From Macrostomum hystrix (lineage: Eukaryota; Animalia; Platyhelminthes): a stretch of 64,000 nucleotides of DNA. The stretch spans positions 6,944,001 through 7,008,000 of the forward strand of contig CATNEN010000025.1 of NCBI GenBank assembly GCA_950097015.1, in the 5' to 3' direction. The notes beneath the pieces were generated by a model. It did not search any database and was not told the origin of the DNA. It saw only the letters and a program-made list of their open reading frames with translations. Made by a program: the position numbers and the translations under genes. Positions 13,006 to 26,639 of the stretch are shown here, piece after piece. Position 1 is the stretch's first letter; the number at the start of each line of letters is the position of its first letter.

Positions 13006-14274
13006 TGAATGTCGGGATCGAAGTCGTGCTAATTTTTCTGTGTACGTTCGTAGATTTTCTTAAATTTTGGTAGAATTTCTTTTCCTTGGAAACAATGACT
13101 CATTTTCGCTTAAAACCGACCTTGCAGTGATTCAAAATTCAGAAAACACCCTTAGCGAGCATTTTCTTTCCATTAAGGGAAGTTTTCCCCGTCTTCTGTT
13201 CTCAGCCCACCTCCAGATCTGGGATTTCTTATCTTGTACAATACTTGGTTCTCCGTTGACCGCGCTGTCAACAACACTGTCTGTCCAGATATTTATATAT
13301 CCCATTAGGAGTCGCCGTCTCACCTTCAGGGACAGTGTGTGGGGGTCCAGTGGCTGCCCGCGCGGCACGCTATTAGCTTCCTCTCTGGTATCCCGGGAGC
13401 CGAGAGACACACAAGAAGAAGACGAGCTCAGCCATGCACAAACGGCGCCGAGCTCCTCTTTTCTCCTCTCTCCCACCAGCGCAGCGCATCTTTCTGGCCA
13501 AAGCCCTTGCATACTCGACTAGCTTTCTCCCAAAATGCCCCATCCTTTCTTACTTTCTTTCTTCCCTCATTCACACTCGCCTTTTCTCCCGTGGTGCTTT
13601 GCGCCCGAGTACTAGAATAGCCCCTCAAGGTCTCTTTCGCCCGCCAGGCCATCCTATCCTTTATAATCCCTATAGTCGAGAGAATCTTGGGGAACTTAAC
13701 ATTTTTTGCGGCCCTCCGTGGAACCCGCAGAGGATGGGGATTGATTGTCGAATTCTGCAATCCAAACGGTCGACTCGACTCCCAACAAAATCAAGCCTTT
13801 CTCCCCCCCCCTACCCACTTCCAAAAACTTCTCCCCATCCTATTCCTCTCGCTAGCCATCCTTCAATAGGCCCATTGTTGAGGGGGAAAGGCCTCGACTT
13901 GCCCGACAGTTCTAGGATCGATAAAGTGAGCCCCGTCGTTTCGTCACGCGAACAGTTCGGGGATATTGGGGTGAGCTGGGAGCCGCCTGATGGGTTGGAG
14001 AGAGTGAGGGCGGGGATTTGGGTCTTTTCAACCCACCCCACCTCCGCTTCCACCCCAAATGAGATACGCGGACTCCTCTAAAACCTTCGCCGCGTTTCTT
14101 CGAGTTCGTTTTTTCTCCATGCTGAACTCAAATGTAGGAGAAAAATGTATTCTCTCTCTCTTCTTTAGGTAGATCCGGGATAAGCTTGTTTTCCTGTATT
14201 GAACGCTGCATTTTCAGTGCTGCATAGCATGTTGCACTAGCTCGGCCTAATGTCTTAATGACATTTAGAGCCTT

Positions 14275-14985
14275 CATAAATTAGATTACTAAGATTTGGA
14301 GTCTTCATAAACTAGATTAGTGAGATTTTGAGTCTTCATAAACTAGATTAGTGAGATTTTGAGTCTTCATAAACTAGATTAGTGAGATTTGGAGTCTTCA
14401 TAAACTAGATTAGTGAGATTTTGAGTCTTCATAAACTAGATTAGTGAGATTTTGAGTCTTCATAAACTAGATTAGTGAGATCTTCAGTCTTCATAAACTA
14501 GATTAGTGAGATTTTGAGTCTTCATAAACTAGATTAGTGAGATTTTCAGTCTTCATAAACTAGATTAGTGAGATTTTGAGTCTTCATAAACTAGATTAGT
14601 GAGATTTTCAGTCTTCATAAACAAGATTAGTGAGATTTTGAGTCTTCATAAACTAGATTAGTGAGATTTTGAGTCTTCATAAACTAGATTAGTGAGATTT
14701 TCAGTCTTCATAAACTAGATTAGTGAGATTTTCAGTCTTCATAAACAAGATTAGTGAGATTTTCAGTCTTCATAAACTAGATTAGTGAGATTTTGAGTCT
14801 TCATAAACTAGATTAGTGAGATTTTGAGTCTTCATAAACTAGATTAGTGAGATTTTGAGTCTTCATAAACAAGATTAGTGAGATTTTCAGTCTTAATAAA
14901 CTAGATTAGTGAGATTTTGAGTCTTCATAAACTAGATTAGTGAGATTTTGAGTCTTCATAACCTAGATTAGTGAGATTTTGAGCA
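14275..14985. repeat. 31-bp minisatellite
   Basis: gagtcttcataaactagattagtgagatttt units. Confidence 0.95.
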
Positions 14986-15689
14986 ATGTGGCTCTGAAAC
15001 TCTGATCGCTAATGTACATTGTCAAGCGTCGCTTTCATAATTTCTGACTGTGCTATGAAAAAATTACAGAATAAAAAAAACTAGGCGATTATGGTTTTCC
15101 ATTGTTAAAATCGTCAGTTTCTTTTAAAAAAGAATTTGCATGCGTTCTGGACTCTTCAATGCCTATTTACCGCCTCTGCGCAAATTACTAAACAAAAACA
15201 CAAAAGAAAATAGCTGTGGGCTCCAAATCAATGAGCCTACCGCAATCTGCAGTCTAGATTGCTATTTAAGCTATGGTTGGACAAATGATGCTGCTTATTG
15301 TCAACTCCATTCGTGCCTTCTCAATCTCACAATGGATTTATTAACAATGGACAATCACCGTGGGTGCTTAGCCGTCTTGCTTAGGGTGTCACCACATGAA
15401 AAAGCAGAGAGAAGATGATGATGACGAAAAGAATAGAATAGAATAGAGAGAGAGCAGAACAAAACACAGCTCTTCAGTGCTGTTAACAACGCTCGGCCCA
15501 GCATGTCTTTATGATCATCAATGATCATTGCCGTGGGCCCATTGTTACTCATTGTAAAGCTGTAAAGCATTAATTTTTTCATTTTCTTTAACAGTTAGCA
15601 CTTAAAAAATGCTGGTCTGACTGACAGCAAGAAGCGTCACCTGCAACAGATTGCTGGGCTGCAAAGCGTAATAAGGGATGCAAAAGGAT

Positions 15690-16510
15690 AAGAAATAAAA
15701 AATGAGAATGGGAGAAGGATAAGAAATAAAGAAAGGAGAACGGGAGAAGGATAAGGAATGAAGTAAGAGGAGAACGGGAGAAGGATAAGGAATGAAGAGA
15801 GAGGAGAACGGGAGAAGGATAAGGAATGAAGAGAGAGGAGAACGGGAGAAGGATAAGGAATGAAGAAAGGAGAACGGGAGAAGGATAAGAAATAAAGAAA
15901 GGAGAACGGGAGAAGGATAAGAAATAAAGAAAGAAGAACGGGAGAAGGATAAGGAATGAAGTAAGAGGAGAACGGGAGAAGGATAAGGAATGAAGTGAGA
16001 GGAGGTTAGGAGAAGGATAAGGAATGAAGTGAGAGGAGAACGGAAGAAGGATAAGGAATGAAGTGAGAGGAGAACGGAAGAAGGATAAGGAATGAAGTGA
16101 GAGGAGGTTAGGAGAAGGATAAGGAATGAAGTGAGAGGAGGTTAGGAGAAGGATAAGGAATGAAGTGAGAGGAGAACGGAAGAAGGATAAGGAATGAAGT
16201 GAGAGGAGAACGGAAGAAGGATAAGGAATGAAGTGAGAGGAGAACGGAAGAAGGATAAGGAATGAAGTGAGAGGAGAACGGGAGAAGGATAAGGAATGAA
16301 GTGAGAGGAGAACGGGAGAAGGATAAGGAATGAAGTGAGAGGAGAACGGGAGAAGGATAAGGAATGAAGTGAGAGGAGGTTAGGAGAAGGATAAGGAATG
16401 AAGTGAGAGGAGAACGGGAGAAGGATAAGGAATGAAGAGAGAGAAGAATGGGAGAAGGATATTAAATGAAGAGAGACGGGAATGTAAGAAGGATAAGGAA
16501 TGAAGAGAGA
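15690..16510. repeat. Purine-rich ~32-bp minisatellite
   Basis: gaaggataaggaatgaagtgagaggagaacgg-type units. Confidence 0.93.
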
Positions 16511-17354
16511 GGAAAGGGGTGGCTGATATGTTTGTCAACAAGAAGGTTAATAATTTTGAGCTGCAATTTACCAAGCTCATTCATTTGAAAAGCTTGATGA
16601 AAACTAAAGTATTTTCAAACCTTGCGCTTGACTACACGCGGATGTTGAGTTTGTGAATGTTTTCGATTATTTATTACCGATTGTTTTTGGGTTGTTAGGA
16701 CAACCTCCCCATTGTCTCCTCGGCCCTAGGCATGGGGTCGGGCTCCTACATTTTCATGCAGCCCAGCTTGGCTATTGTTGCTGGTGAGGGGGGAACAATG
16801 TGGAATAAGAGATAATGCCTTCACCCGTCGGAGACAAAGAGTTTAGAAGTTTCGCATGTAGCAGAATCTAAGCCCTGGGGGTTGGGCCATGGGAACCGGG
16901 TGTGTACAGGAATGCATGTATCTGTATATTGTAATGGGAGACAAAAGGCATAGCAAAATGGCATTTCACAGCAGGCAACAATGGCCCAGCCAGAATTCGC
17001 CCACCTCCAATTTCTCCTCCTGGACTAGCATTGTTCTTATACGATCACCGTTTCTGTCGTGTGTTTTTGTGTGTTTGTTGCTAGAGTTTAACCTAACTCA
17101 ATATAGTGTGGGTTGCCAAGCTCATAAGCGGACAAGCCGAGGTTGTTTGTCACAAATGAAAAAGCAGCAAGTGTCAATTGGTTGCAGCTTTCAATTCACT
17201 TTCGCTTCTACATAATGCAGCATCTTTTACGGCCTACGATAAAAATGCCTGAAACACACAGAAATAAATTCCTTTAGGTACCAGAGATTACAGACTTATC
17301 AGCATCAAGGAGACTACACCGACAGGTGAGGCTGAACTCGTGTTATATGAGGAC

Positions 17355-17800
17355 ACAGTGAGAGTGGTAGGAGACAGTGAGAGTGGTAGGAAACAGTGAG
17401 AGTGGTAGGAGACAGTGAGAGTGGTAGGAGACAGTGAGAGTGGTAGGAGACAGTGAGAGTGGTAGGAGACAGTGAGAGTGGTAGGAGACAGTGAGAGTGG
17501 TAGGAGACAGTGAGAGTGGTAGGAGACAGTGAGAGTGGTAGGAGACAGTGAGAGTGGTAGGAGACAGTGAGAGTGGTATGAGACAGTGAGAGTGGTAGGA
17601 GACAGTGAGAGTGGTAGGAGACAGTGAGAGTGTTAGGAGAGAGGGAGAGTGTTATGAGACAGTGAGAGTGGTATGAGACAGTGAGAGTGGTAGGAGACAG
17701 TGAGAGTGGTATGAGACAGTGAGAGTGTTAGGAGAGAGGGAGAGTGTTAGGAGAGAGGGAGAGTGTTAGGAGTGAGGGAGAGTGGTAGGAGAGAGGGAGA
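17355..17800. repeat. 19-bp minisatellite
   Basis: gacagtgagagtggtagga units. Confidence 0.93.
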
Positions 17801-19509
17801 GAATGTGAGTGATAAAGTCAGAGGTGGCAATGCTAAAAGAGATTTAGAGAGTAGTGGAGAAAGTCAAGTGATAAGGAAATTAGGGATTGTGAAGCATTTA
17901 CAGGTGCAAATATACGGGGACATTATTGCTTGCTTTCTTCCCTGTTTTGAGTCGTTTCTGCTTTTTTTCTTTCCCGGAATTTTCTCGCCAAAAGGCGGAA
18001 ATAGCAGGAGGATAATTTGGGGCGAAAATCGCACCGCGACTCAGGCGGGTGGCAGCGGGTGAGCAAGATCGAAGAGTGAAATCCTATTAGCCTTATTTTT
18101 TTCTTAGGCCCCTATCCGATGCAGGTAATTCGACTGCTGCAGCCTTTTGTTGGCCTCGGGGGGGACTCGGGTTTGGGAAGGGAATTCACAGGGATGAGGA
18201 AGAATGCAGAGGAAAAGGAGCAGCACCTTTTATTTCTTCGCTGAGGTGAAAATGAGCTCCGTTCCGCCATTGTGTGCGCTCAGGCAGAGGCTTCTCAGCC
18301 CGCTTCGCCTTCCTCCGTGATCCCCACGCAGCCGCTATTCCCCGCTATTCTTGCTGAGAACACCTTCGCTTTCGCTCTCAGAGCCACTTCGGCTGCTGCG
18401 GGAGACCCGTGCCGCTCTCTGATTATCCGCAGCTCGGCTCTGGAAGTCCTACGCAGGCTTGAGTGCTATGATCACACTTTTCGCATTACTTCCCCTCTGC
18501 ATATCCTCTAGCTCTAGTTTTCCTCTCTAGCTACCTATATAATAGGATTTTGGCCCATTGTGGGCAGAACTTTCTAGTTTCGCACCTGTGTGCCTGAGAA
18601 CAGAAAATTTATTGCTTTATATTCAACGATTTACTAAAACAATACCGAGTTTCTTATTGAAATTGATTTTATTAGCAATCCATTCTGCTTCAACTCTTGT
18701 TGACTAGACTAGCAATCCATTCTGCTCCAACTCTTGTTGACTGGACTAGCAATCCATTCTGATTTAAATATTGTTGACTAGACTAGCAATTCTTTTGGTG
18801 TTGGCCACAGTTGACAATGCCATCCGCATAGCCAGTCACTCATTAGTCTTGACATCATTAGCATTAGTCTACAATAATCTGCTTGCCTGTCTGCGGACTC
18901 ACACAAGCATGGCTGGCTCCTCAGTCTCTCCTGTGCTCGCTCTGGCTCTTTCTTTTCTTTCCCTCTTTCATCGCCGTCTGAAAAGGGGGGTGGAGTTAAT
19001 TTGGCGGACGGCACAATGGCCCTCCTGTTCCGTGTTTCTGCTTTCATCGAGAAAGCTTTCCTCTCCACCTATACCCTCGGACGCTGAATGCATTTTTCAT
19101 TATTATTTATGCATGCAGATTGCTTAGCCGCATTGTTGCCTTAGGCGGGGACAGTCAAAAGACTCTTATATAGTAAAATGGGATCGAGGATGCAGGATGA
19201 AGAATGCCGAGCAGCTGCCGCTCATGGCACTCGACTCGTAGCGCTTCACAATAGCGAATGAGGGCTGAGCCGATTCTGCGGACATACTGAGTTGATGATG
19301 AATGAACTGAAAACTGAGGACAGGGGCGATAGGAAAATTTCACTAGCAGCTGGGGCAACAGTGGCTTCGGATTTGAGTCGGACTAGATTTCCTGCTCATT
19401 TTTACTCGTATTAGCTATTTCCCTTCCATTGTATCTGTCCGTCTCCATTTCTTGTCTTCCCATTGCTGCTTTCGTATTCTGTCTATAGCCCTTGCATGTC
19501 CTACTCGTA

Positions 19510-20475
19510 TCTCTGTTGTTTCTGTCAGTGGGAATGCATTCGCATGCTCTCTCTGTTGTTTCTGTCAGTCAGGGAATGCATTCGCATGCTCTCTCTGTTG
19601 TTTCTGTCAGTCAGGGAATGCATTCGCATGCTCTCTCTGTTGTTTCTGTCAGTGGGAATGCATTCGCATGCTCTCTCTGTTGTTTCTGTCAGTGGGAATG
19701 CGTTCGCATGCTCTCTCTGTTGTTTCTGTCAGTGGGAATGCGTTCGCATGCTCTCTCTGTTGTTTCTGTCAGTGGGAATGCATTCGCATGCTCTCTCTGT
19801 TGTTTCTGTCAGTGGGACTGCATTCGCATGCTCTCTCTGTTGTTTCTGTCAGTGGGAATGCGTTCGCATGCTCTCTCTGTTGTTTCTGTCAGTGGGAATG
19901 CATTCGCATGCTCTCTCTGTTGTTTCTGTCAGTGGGAATGCATTCGCATGCTCTCTCTGTTGTTTCTGTCAGTGGGAATGCATTCGCATGCTCTCTCTGT
20001 TGTTTCTGTCAGTGGGACTGCATTCGCATGCTCTCTCTGTTGTTTCTGTCACTGGGAATGCATTCGCATGCTCTCTCTGTTGTTTCTGTCAGTGGGAATG
20101 CATTCGCATGCTCTCTCTGTTGTTTCTGTCAGTGGGAATGCATTCGCATGCTCTCTCTGTTGTTTCTGTCAGTGGGAATGCATTCGCATGCTCTCTCTGT
20201 TGTTTCTGTCAGTGGGACTGCATTCGCATGCTCTCTCTGTTGTTTCTGTCAGTGGGAATGCGTTCGCATGCTCTCTCTGTTGTTTCTGTCAGTGGGACTG
20301 CATTCGCATGCTCTCTCTGTTGTTTCTGTCAGTGGGAATGCGTTCGCATGCTCTCTCTGTTGTTTCTGTCAGTGGGACTGCATTCGCATGCTCTCTCTGT
20401 TGTTTCTGTCAGTGGGAATGCATTCGCATGCTCTCTCTGTTGTTTCTGTCAGTGGGAATGCGTTCGCATGCTTAG
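19510..20475. repeat. 40-bp minisatellite
   Basis: ctctctctgttgtttctgtcagtgggaatgcattcgcatg units. Confidence 0.96.
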
Positions 20476-20517
20476 CTAGCAAGACAAATAACTCTGCATT
20501 GCTTCAGTTCATCAAGC

Positions 20518-20640
20518 TGTTAAATGGTGCCAGCATTAGCTGGGGTACTTGAGGGTTGGTGTGGCGTCGCCCCCAGTCCATGGACTGAACATGCAGCCTT
20601 CAGATGCGCCGCGCGAAAGCTGTCGGCTGCACATCTGGTC
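20518..20640 (+). mobile_element. SINE family B 3' fragment
   Basis: gttaaatgg..ccagcattagctggg..cagtccatggactgaac..gcagccttcagatgcgccgcg..gctgtcggctgcacatctg, shared with the copies at 23400-23530 and 39680-39822. Confidence 0.8.
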
Positions 20641-23285
20641 TCCACAAAAGAGAAGCGAGACAAAAAATAATTGAAAAAAACCAAAGCCTTAATCATTTTC
20701 TTTTAAGTGTAAGTCTAAATTCACCAATGTCCTCCTATGTGGTGTGACTCAGGCCTCCGTCTCTTCACTCATCAATACCTTACAGTGTACGAGTGAGAGT
20801 CAGAAGGATAAAGTGGAGTTAGCGAAAGAGAGAGAGAGGCGGAGGCACACTGGGACGGGCGGAGACAATTTTGTTCGAAGAAGCAGGCAAAGTTGCGGAT
20901 GCTCGGCAATGTAAAATAAAGGGTTCGACTTGTGTGGAGTGGCGCTGGAGGGGAAGGACTAAGGCTGACAAGGAAGTCAGGCTTTCCTCCTCAAGCTGGT
21001 TACCTATAGACTGTCTCCTCCTGGCTCACCACACTATCCTTATCTCCCGCAGTAGGTTTGAGTCCTACCCCCTCTGCCCCATCCGCCGTGTCCCAAGATT
21101 CTGGTCTATACTTGTCAGACTCGATGGCGAGAATGAGGCGGTGGTATATAGGGATTTAGAGACTCACGGGTCAGGCAAGAGAGAAGGGAAAGAGTGCTGT
21201 GGGTGGCACCTCTAAAGCTGGCGCCTGATTATGTCTGCTTCGAATTGTGAGTAAGTCGCAGGGAATTGGGGCGGGTTAGACAGGGAGGGAGGATGGGAGG
21301 CGCGAGTGCTTCAGGCTCGAATGAATTGAGTCAGGGGGGCCAAGGCTGAAAGAAAAGAATGCATCCGAGAGAAGGAGGAAGATTGGGGGGAAGAAGTCAG
21401 CTGAATTCGAAGGAGTCCAACGAATGATCCCAAAATGCTGAGGTCTGCTGAAATTGCTAGCTCCTCCCCTTTATCCAAGCTTCCTTTTCCTGCGCGCCTG
21501 GTCTCTTTGCCTCATATTTCTCTCTGTCTCTCCCCATCTCTCTCTTGCTTCCTTTCTTTCCTCCCGAAGCCACGGTCCAGCGGCACAACAATTCTCCCCT
21601 ACAGCTCCTTCGTTGCCGCGTCTTGCCCTGTCTTCCTCTCATCTGGTCCATTCATTGTACACAATAGCAGCCTAGAGATAGAGGGAGTGTGGACTGGGAC
21701 GAGCACCGAATGGTAGCTCGCATGTTCGCCCACACACACGGATGCTGGCAACTGAGAAGCGGGCCTGATGAAGCAAACTGAGGCGGGTAGCTAGACTAAA
21801 GACGAGCGCGTCTCCGACAGAGATGCTTGTGCGAGAGGATGCGGACTCCGGTGCTCGGTCCCTTCCAAAAATCACCCTTTTTTTCTCCCCTCTCCCACAC
21901 ACGGACTCTTTCCTTCTGGCTTTCGAATTCTCTTGTTCCCATGCTGATTCTCTGTTCCCTGTTCTCCGTTCTCTCCCACACCTACCCCACCTCCCCCTCG
22001 GGGGAAAATAGCGAGCTGCATGGGAGAAGATGAGGGAACTGGGGTTGGGAGCAGGGAAGAACGAGGCCGGGCTGCACCAGCCTCTATTCCCATTCGTCTC
22101 GGCGCCTTTCTCTCCCATATAGCAGCCTCTCTTTCTCTCGGCGGCCGATTCCGAATAGTGGAGGGGAGCAAGCGAGCCCTGTGGGCCTTGGTGACGTACG
22201 GTGCGCGCAAACACAATGTATTCGCCCCCGAGAGAGCGACTGGGTAGCATTGGGGAGGGGAGTGGATAGAAAAAAAGAGACCGACGGGTAGGAGGGACAG
22301 TGGGATGGGGACGAGAGGATGATTTTCCCTTGTGTGTATTGCTGAAGGCTTAGCCCCCACCCCAGTACAGTCTCCATTATCTCCCGAACTACTTTGCGTG
22401 TCCGTGGCGCGGTCTTTCGGGGCTTCGAGCTTATTCGAGGGGGATGGGGGTGGTGAGGATGACGGAGTAACTGGGATGGGGTGGGCTGTCTCGGTTGTCG
22501 AGCCCAGAGGAAGTCTGTTTGGGAGGCACAGTGGAAAGAGAAGGAGGGGAGTTTGAAGGGGTGGCGGCTCGAGCTTATCTCCCCATTCATCCTCTCTTCC
22601 CCCTATTTCGCATCCTTCAGCCTCCGCTCCTCCTCTCATTCTCTCTCCCATTGAATTGAAAGAACTCCGACGAGCCAACCCAAAGTCTTGGAACACACAG
22701 GCGAGGGGGTGAAGGAAGGGTAAGGGCTCTGCCACCATCAGCAGTGTGTTGTGCGCGTTTGTGTTAGCCCTCTGTTCCCCACACACACACACCAACACAC
22801 TCCTTTCTCTCCTTCTCTTCAATTCTCTCGCACGCACACCCCTGGGTCCCCAAAAACTGGCCCGATCTCTCCTTGGGCCTCTCCGAACCAGCCCACCCCC
22901 CTGCAGCATCGTCCGAAACTCCCCTCCCTCCAAACTGCCTCCCGCGCCAAATACCCCCAGTTCAAGGTTTTATCGATTGCTGGCAGCACAAAAACACTCG
23001 CAGCCGGTCGGCCAACCCATCCTCCACTGTTGTTTCATCGGCAGTTGTTGTTGCTGCTGCTTTGACTCGAGTTTATCGTCGAAACGCTGCCTTTGGCTGG
23101 TCCGAACTTATTGTTTCTCTGAAGCTCAAAGAGACAATAGAACCCACCAACTGAACATACTGTCACTCAAACGTAACCTGCTCATAAAAAATTCTTCACG
23201 AAAAAACATCACTGTCACAGGTGAGTTTCTCTTTTAACTTTGTTGAGTCGTGTCCTGATGTGTCCGGACTCAGGGTTCATCATTA

Positions 23286-23590
23286 GGAGTTGTAGCCTAG
23301 TGGGTAAGAGCGTCGGACTTAAATGTCGTGGGTTCAAATCCCGACTCCACTTGAATAGCTTGTGCTCTTTAGCAATACACTTATTTAACCAGCTGTTAAA
23401 TTGATATCAGCATTAGCATGCGTCGTGTTTCCCAGTCCATAGACTGAACAGCCGTACGCTCTGCGCAGCCTTCAGATGCGCCGCGAGATAGCTGGGGCTG
23501 TCAAGGCTGTGCTGTCGGCTGCACATCTGACCCGTTCGGGGCATGTTTAGTCAACTACTACTACTACTACTAATAATAATATTATTGTTA
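23286..23590 (+). mobile_element. Full-length tRNA-derived SINE (family B)
   Basis: Pol III A box (tagcctagtggg), B box (ggttcaaatccc), central tgtgctctttagcaa..cacttat..ccagctgttaaat block, and an (ACT)n(AAT)n tail. Confidence 0.85.
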
Positions 23591-25446
23591 TTATACTCGT
23601 ATAAGCGTTTTCAATAAGTGCTGAACTGGTCTCTGGCTCAGCGCTTGGCTTGCGGAGTGCAGTGCGAGCGTTTTGCACACACACAACACAGTGCGCAAAC
23701 AGTTTTGAAGGCAAATATGGCCAGTGTTTCAGATAGCTATATGTGGAGTCCTTCAGAACTAGAGTTATCTTGCATTGTTAATTGTTATGTTCCAACTACC
23801 AATTTTATTAACTTTGGTATTGACATTTTAGTTTTATCTTCAAATTGTTTATCTATTCTTCTTCTACTCTGGAAGTCAAGTAATACTAGCTTAAAGGCCG
23901 CAACAGTAACTGTTACCGATAAAATTTGCATTCTTTTAGATTCTTTTTATAAGACAGAAGAAAAGAGAGAAAGGAAAGTGGAACGTGTTGTTGCTGCTCT
24001 TGCTTGTTCTGATTTTAAACTGAGGTGCCCAACAAGGAGTAATGCGGAGTTTTTATAGGTTAGAATAGACAAGCTTTTCAAACCTTTGATATTGTGCATT
24101 ACCATTTGCCAGCGCAGTCACACAGAGAAGGCCCCATACACCCTACACATAAAACCGCTACAACGGAGTCAAGTGTTGTTGGAATTATGATTTAAAATTG
24201 CGTCTCTCCAAATCTACCACCTCCTTTTATTTTCGATTCTTTCTAGCTTTCTCTGCTGCGCTCTGTCCCTTCTTCACCCGAAGGGGGCTAAAGCTGAACA
24301 CTGCACCGCCCGCACCCTGCCTGTTAAGCCAATTTTAGCAGCTTCGGACGCGTTTAATTTTAATAATGGCTCACTCAGCCTCGACACCCTCACTCCGCTA
24401 TTCTCTTCTCTCTCTTTCGATCTCGGTCCCCACCCCAATCCCAACCCCAAACCCAGATAAGAAAGTGTGGGGTGGCGCTAGCCTGCGGTTGGGGTTGGTG
24501 GACATGATGTGCATGCGTGTAGCCTTTTCTGCTCTCTTGTTTTACGGCCCGTGCTGCGACAGCCTCCCCCGACCCTTGGCCCATTAGTTGTTCAGTTATT
24601 ATGAGGCAGAGAACAAGTGCGCGAGCGCCTCCTATGTAGGATGAGGAGGCCGGCAGGCAGGTTGAGCGTATTATTATTGTAAGGCTCACTGCGACTTTGT
24701 GTCTCTCCTGGCCCTTACACTTCTCTCTCGAGTCTAGGCTAGCCAAGCCTTGGTCCTCATTTCCTCTTGCAGCCAATTGTTTATTGTGCACGCCATTTTG
24801 TGCTGGCGTCCTCCACTCGAAGCCTGGCAGGCAAGTGCCAACCCCAGGGCCAGGGCCACATTCTATACAGCGCAAACTAGAAGAACAAACCGATTCGCAT
24901 TCGCACTGAGGGAGGAGGGGTAACGCAGGCAAACAGGACTGAGGCTTGAGCGAGCGAACGCAGAGGCAGATACAAAAGTTGCGTGAGCTATTTATTTAAA
25001 CCACCAACGAACAGGTTCTTTCTTTGCCTATTCGGGCCAACATTCCATTAGCTCGAGACTGAGAATAAAGAATTGTTTGTTTCTAGTTTTCTCTCACTTT
25101 CACTTTCTTGCGAGTGAAAGCAAGCTCAAAGCAGAGAGCAGAGAGTTGACTGAGTCTACTACACCGGTCCAAAATCGACTTCCAATTTTGCGCCAGCAGA
25201 AGAAGAATCGAAAGTAAGGTTTTTTAATATTTTTATTGTTTTTTGGTAGTTGTGCTGACCTTATGAACAAAGTCTTGGAATAAACAAATTAAACTTTATG
25301 AATTTAGATGAAAGTTCCAAGCACAAAAGCCGAAAGCACTCGCTATGCCTAGGCCTTTTATATGCCCAAGTAATAGTTTCTCAACATCACCTGGCCTACA
25401 TCACCTGGCCTACATAGGAATGAGGCACAGGTTCTGCACAATTAAT

Positions 25447-25500
25447 CTGGGCGGGGCTTTCTCTATATAAAATCGGACGCCAACCACTTCAGCTGCATGT
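25447..25500 (+). promoter_or_regulatory. Candidate Pol II core promoter (GC box + TATA)
   Basis: gggcgggg followed by ctatataaaat about 10 nt later. The target transcript is unknown (possibly SoxD). Confidence 0.35.
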
Positions 25501-26639
25501 CAACCGTGCTATATCCCCTCCCTCTCACCTTCTCCCCTCTCTCTTGATGCCGCTCACCTTGGTAACAAAAGGCGCAAAAAGAAGAAGAGAAGGGTAAGAA
25601 AATGATTTGGAGAGCTGAGCCTCTATTTTAGGGACAATAAATTTATTCCCACAGCCACAGCGCCCGGGCCCGGGGCTTTTCTGTTCGGAGGATCTGAGAG
25701 GGAGTGCTTGGCCTCTGCATTATTATTTCCTCGCCCTTCTTGACATTTCGCCATTTCAACCAACTCTCTCTCTCTCTCTCAGTCGCTTTCTTCCACGCGA
25801 ATCCTGAAATCTCAACAATCTGTGTATTATGTAGCTAAAATCCTATATAAAACTCACTTTTTTCTGCTTCCCCCATCAGGCCATTGTCCCACACGGCGGG
25901 AGGCGCCTTTTGTGTAACCAGAAAATTGTGGACGCACACACACACACACACACACACAACTGCCCGCATGTTGTGACCAGCGAGTCTGTTTTCATCGCTT
26001 TACTTGTCAGTCAATGGCGATTTGAGCCTTTGAGTTGGGCTGGGGGGCTGGGGGGTTGGTTGGCTCTATTATTGTAATGTGCTCACAGTGTGCTCACTGG
26101 ACATTGAAGCCTGTTATGCCTGCAAAGTGTAAGTTCCACAATAGCTTGTGTAAGCTGTTAGTTTATGCCTTAGAATTTCAACAGAAATTAAACAACAATG
26201 TCATTATTTGGGCTAGACGGCTGACCCAAATGACCGGCAGGATACCAATGAAAGCAACTTTGTAGTTATTGTTAGGCACAATAGTGCGACAGAGTCTGGG
26301 ACTAGTATAGATTGCGGATGTCGGCGTAAGGAAATGCATACGGTAGAAAGTCTGTTTTGGAGCATGCGATTGGAGGTTGTCTCGTGACCCGTGCCCCGTG
26401 TCCAGGCCGGACGAAAACTTACTTTAATCACCTTTAGTAGTCTTCAGTCTTCTTCTTCTATTGATTTTGTCCGAATCCTCCTAAGTTGTCCAATATTAGA
26501 AGGGTATAACTGAATTCGACAAAATTCCATCAGATTACTTGTTCTGACTTTATTCGAAACACAGTTATACTCTTTTGAGCATAGGTTAACTTGTCTGAGT
26601 ACAGTTCTCTTTTGAGCGCTGCCCTACAATCTAAACACA

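Noticed and set aside
21672-23237. GC-rich ORFs of 160-350 aa on both strands (21872-22933 etc.)
   Set aside because: Low-complexity composition, no recognisable domain and overlapping ORFs in several frames; more consistent with regulatory or UTR sequence.
23286-23360. tRNA genes at 23286, 31039, 39320 and 62394
   Set aside because: A and B boxes are present, but there is no complete cloverleaf and each continues into a shared SINE body.
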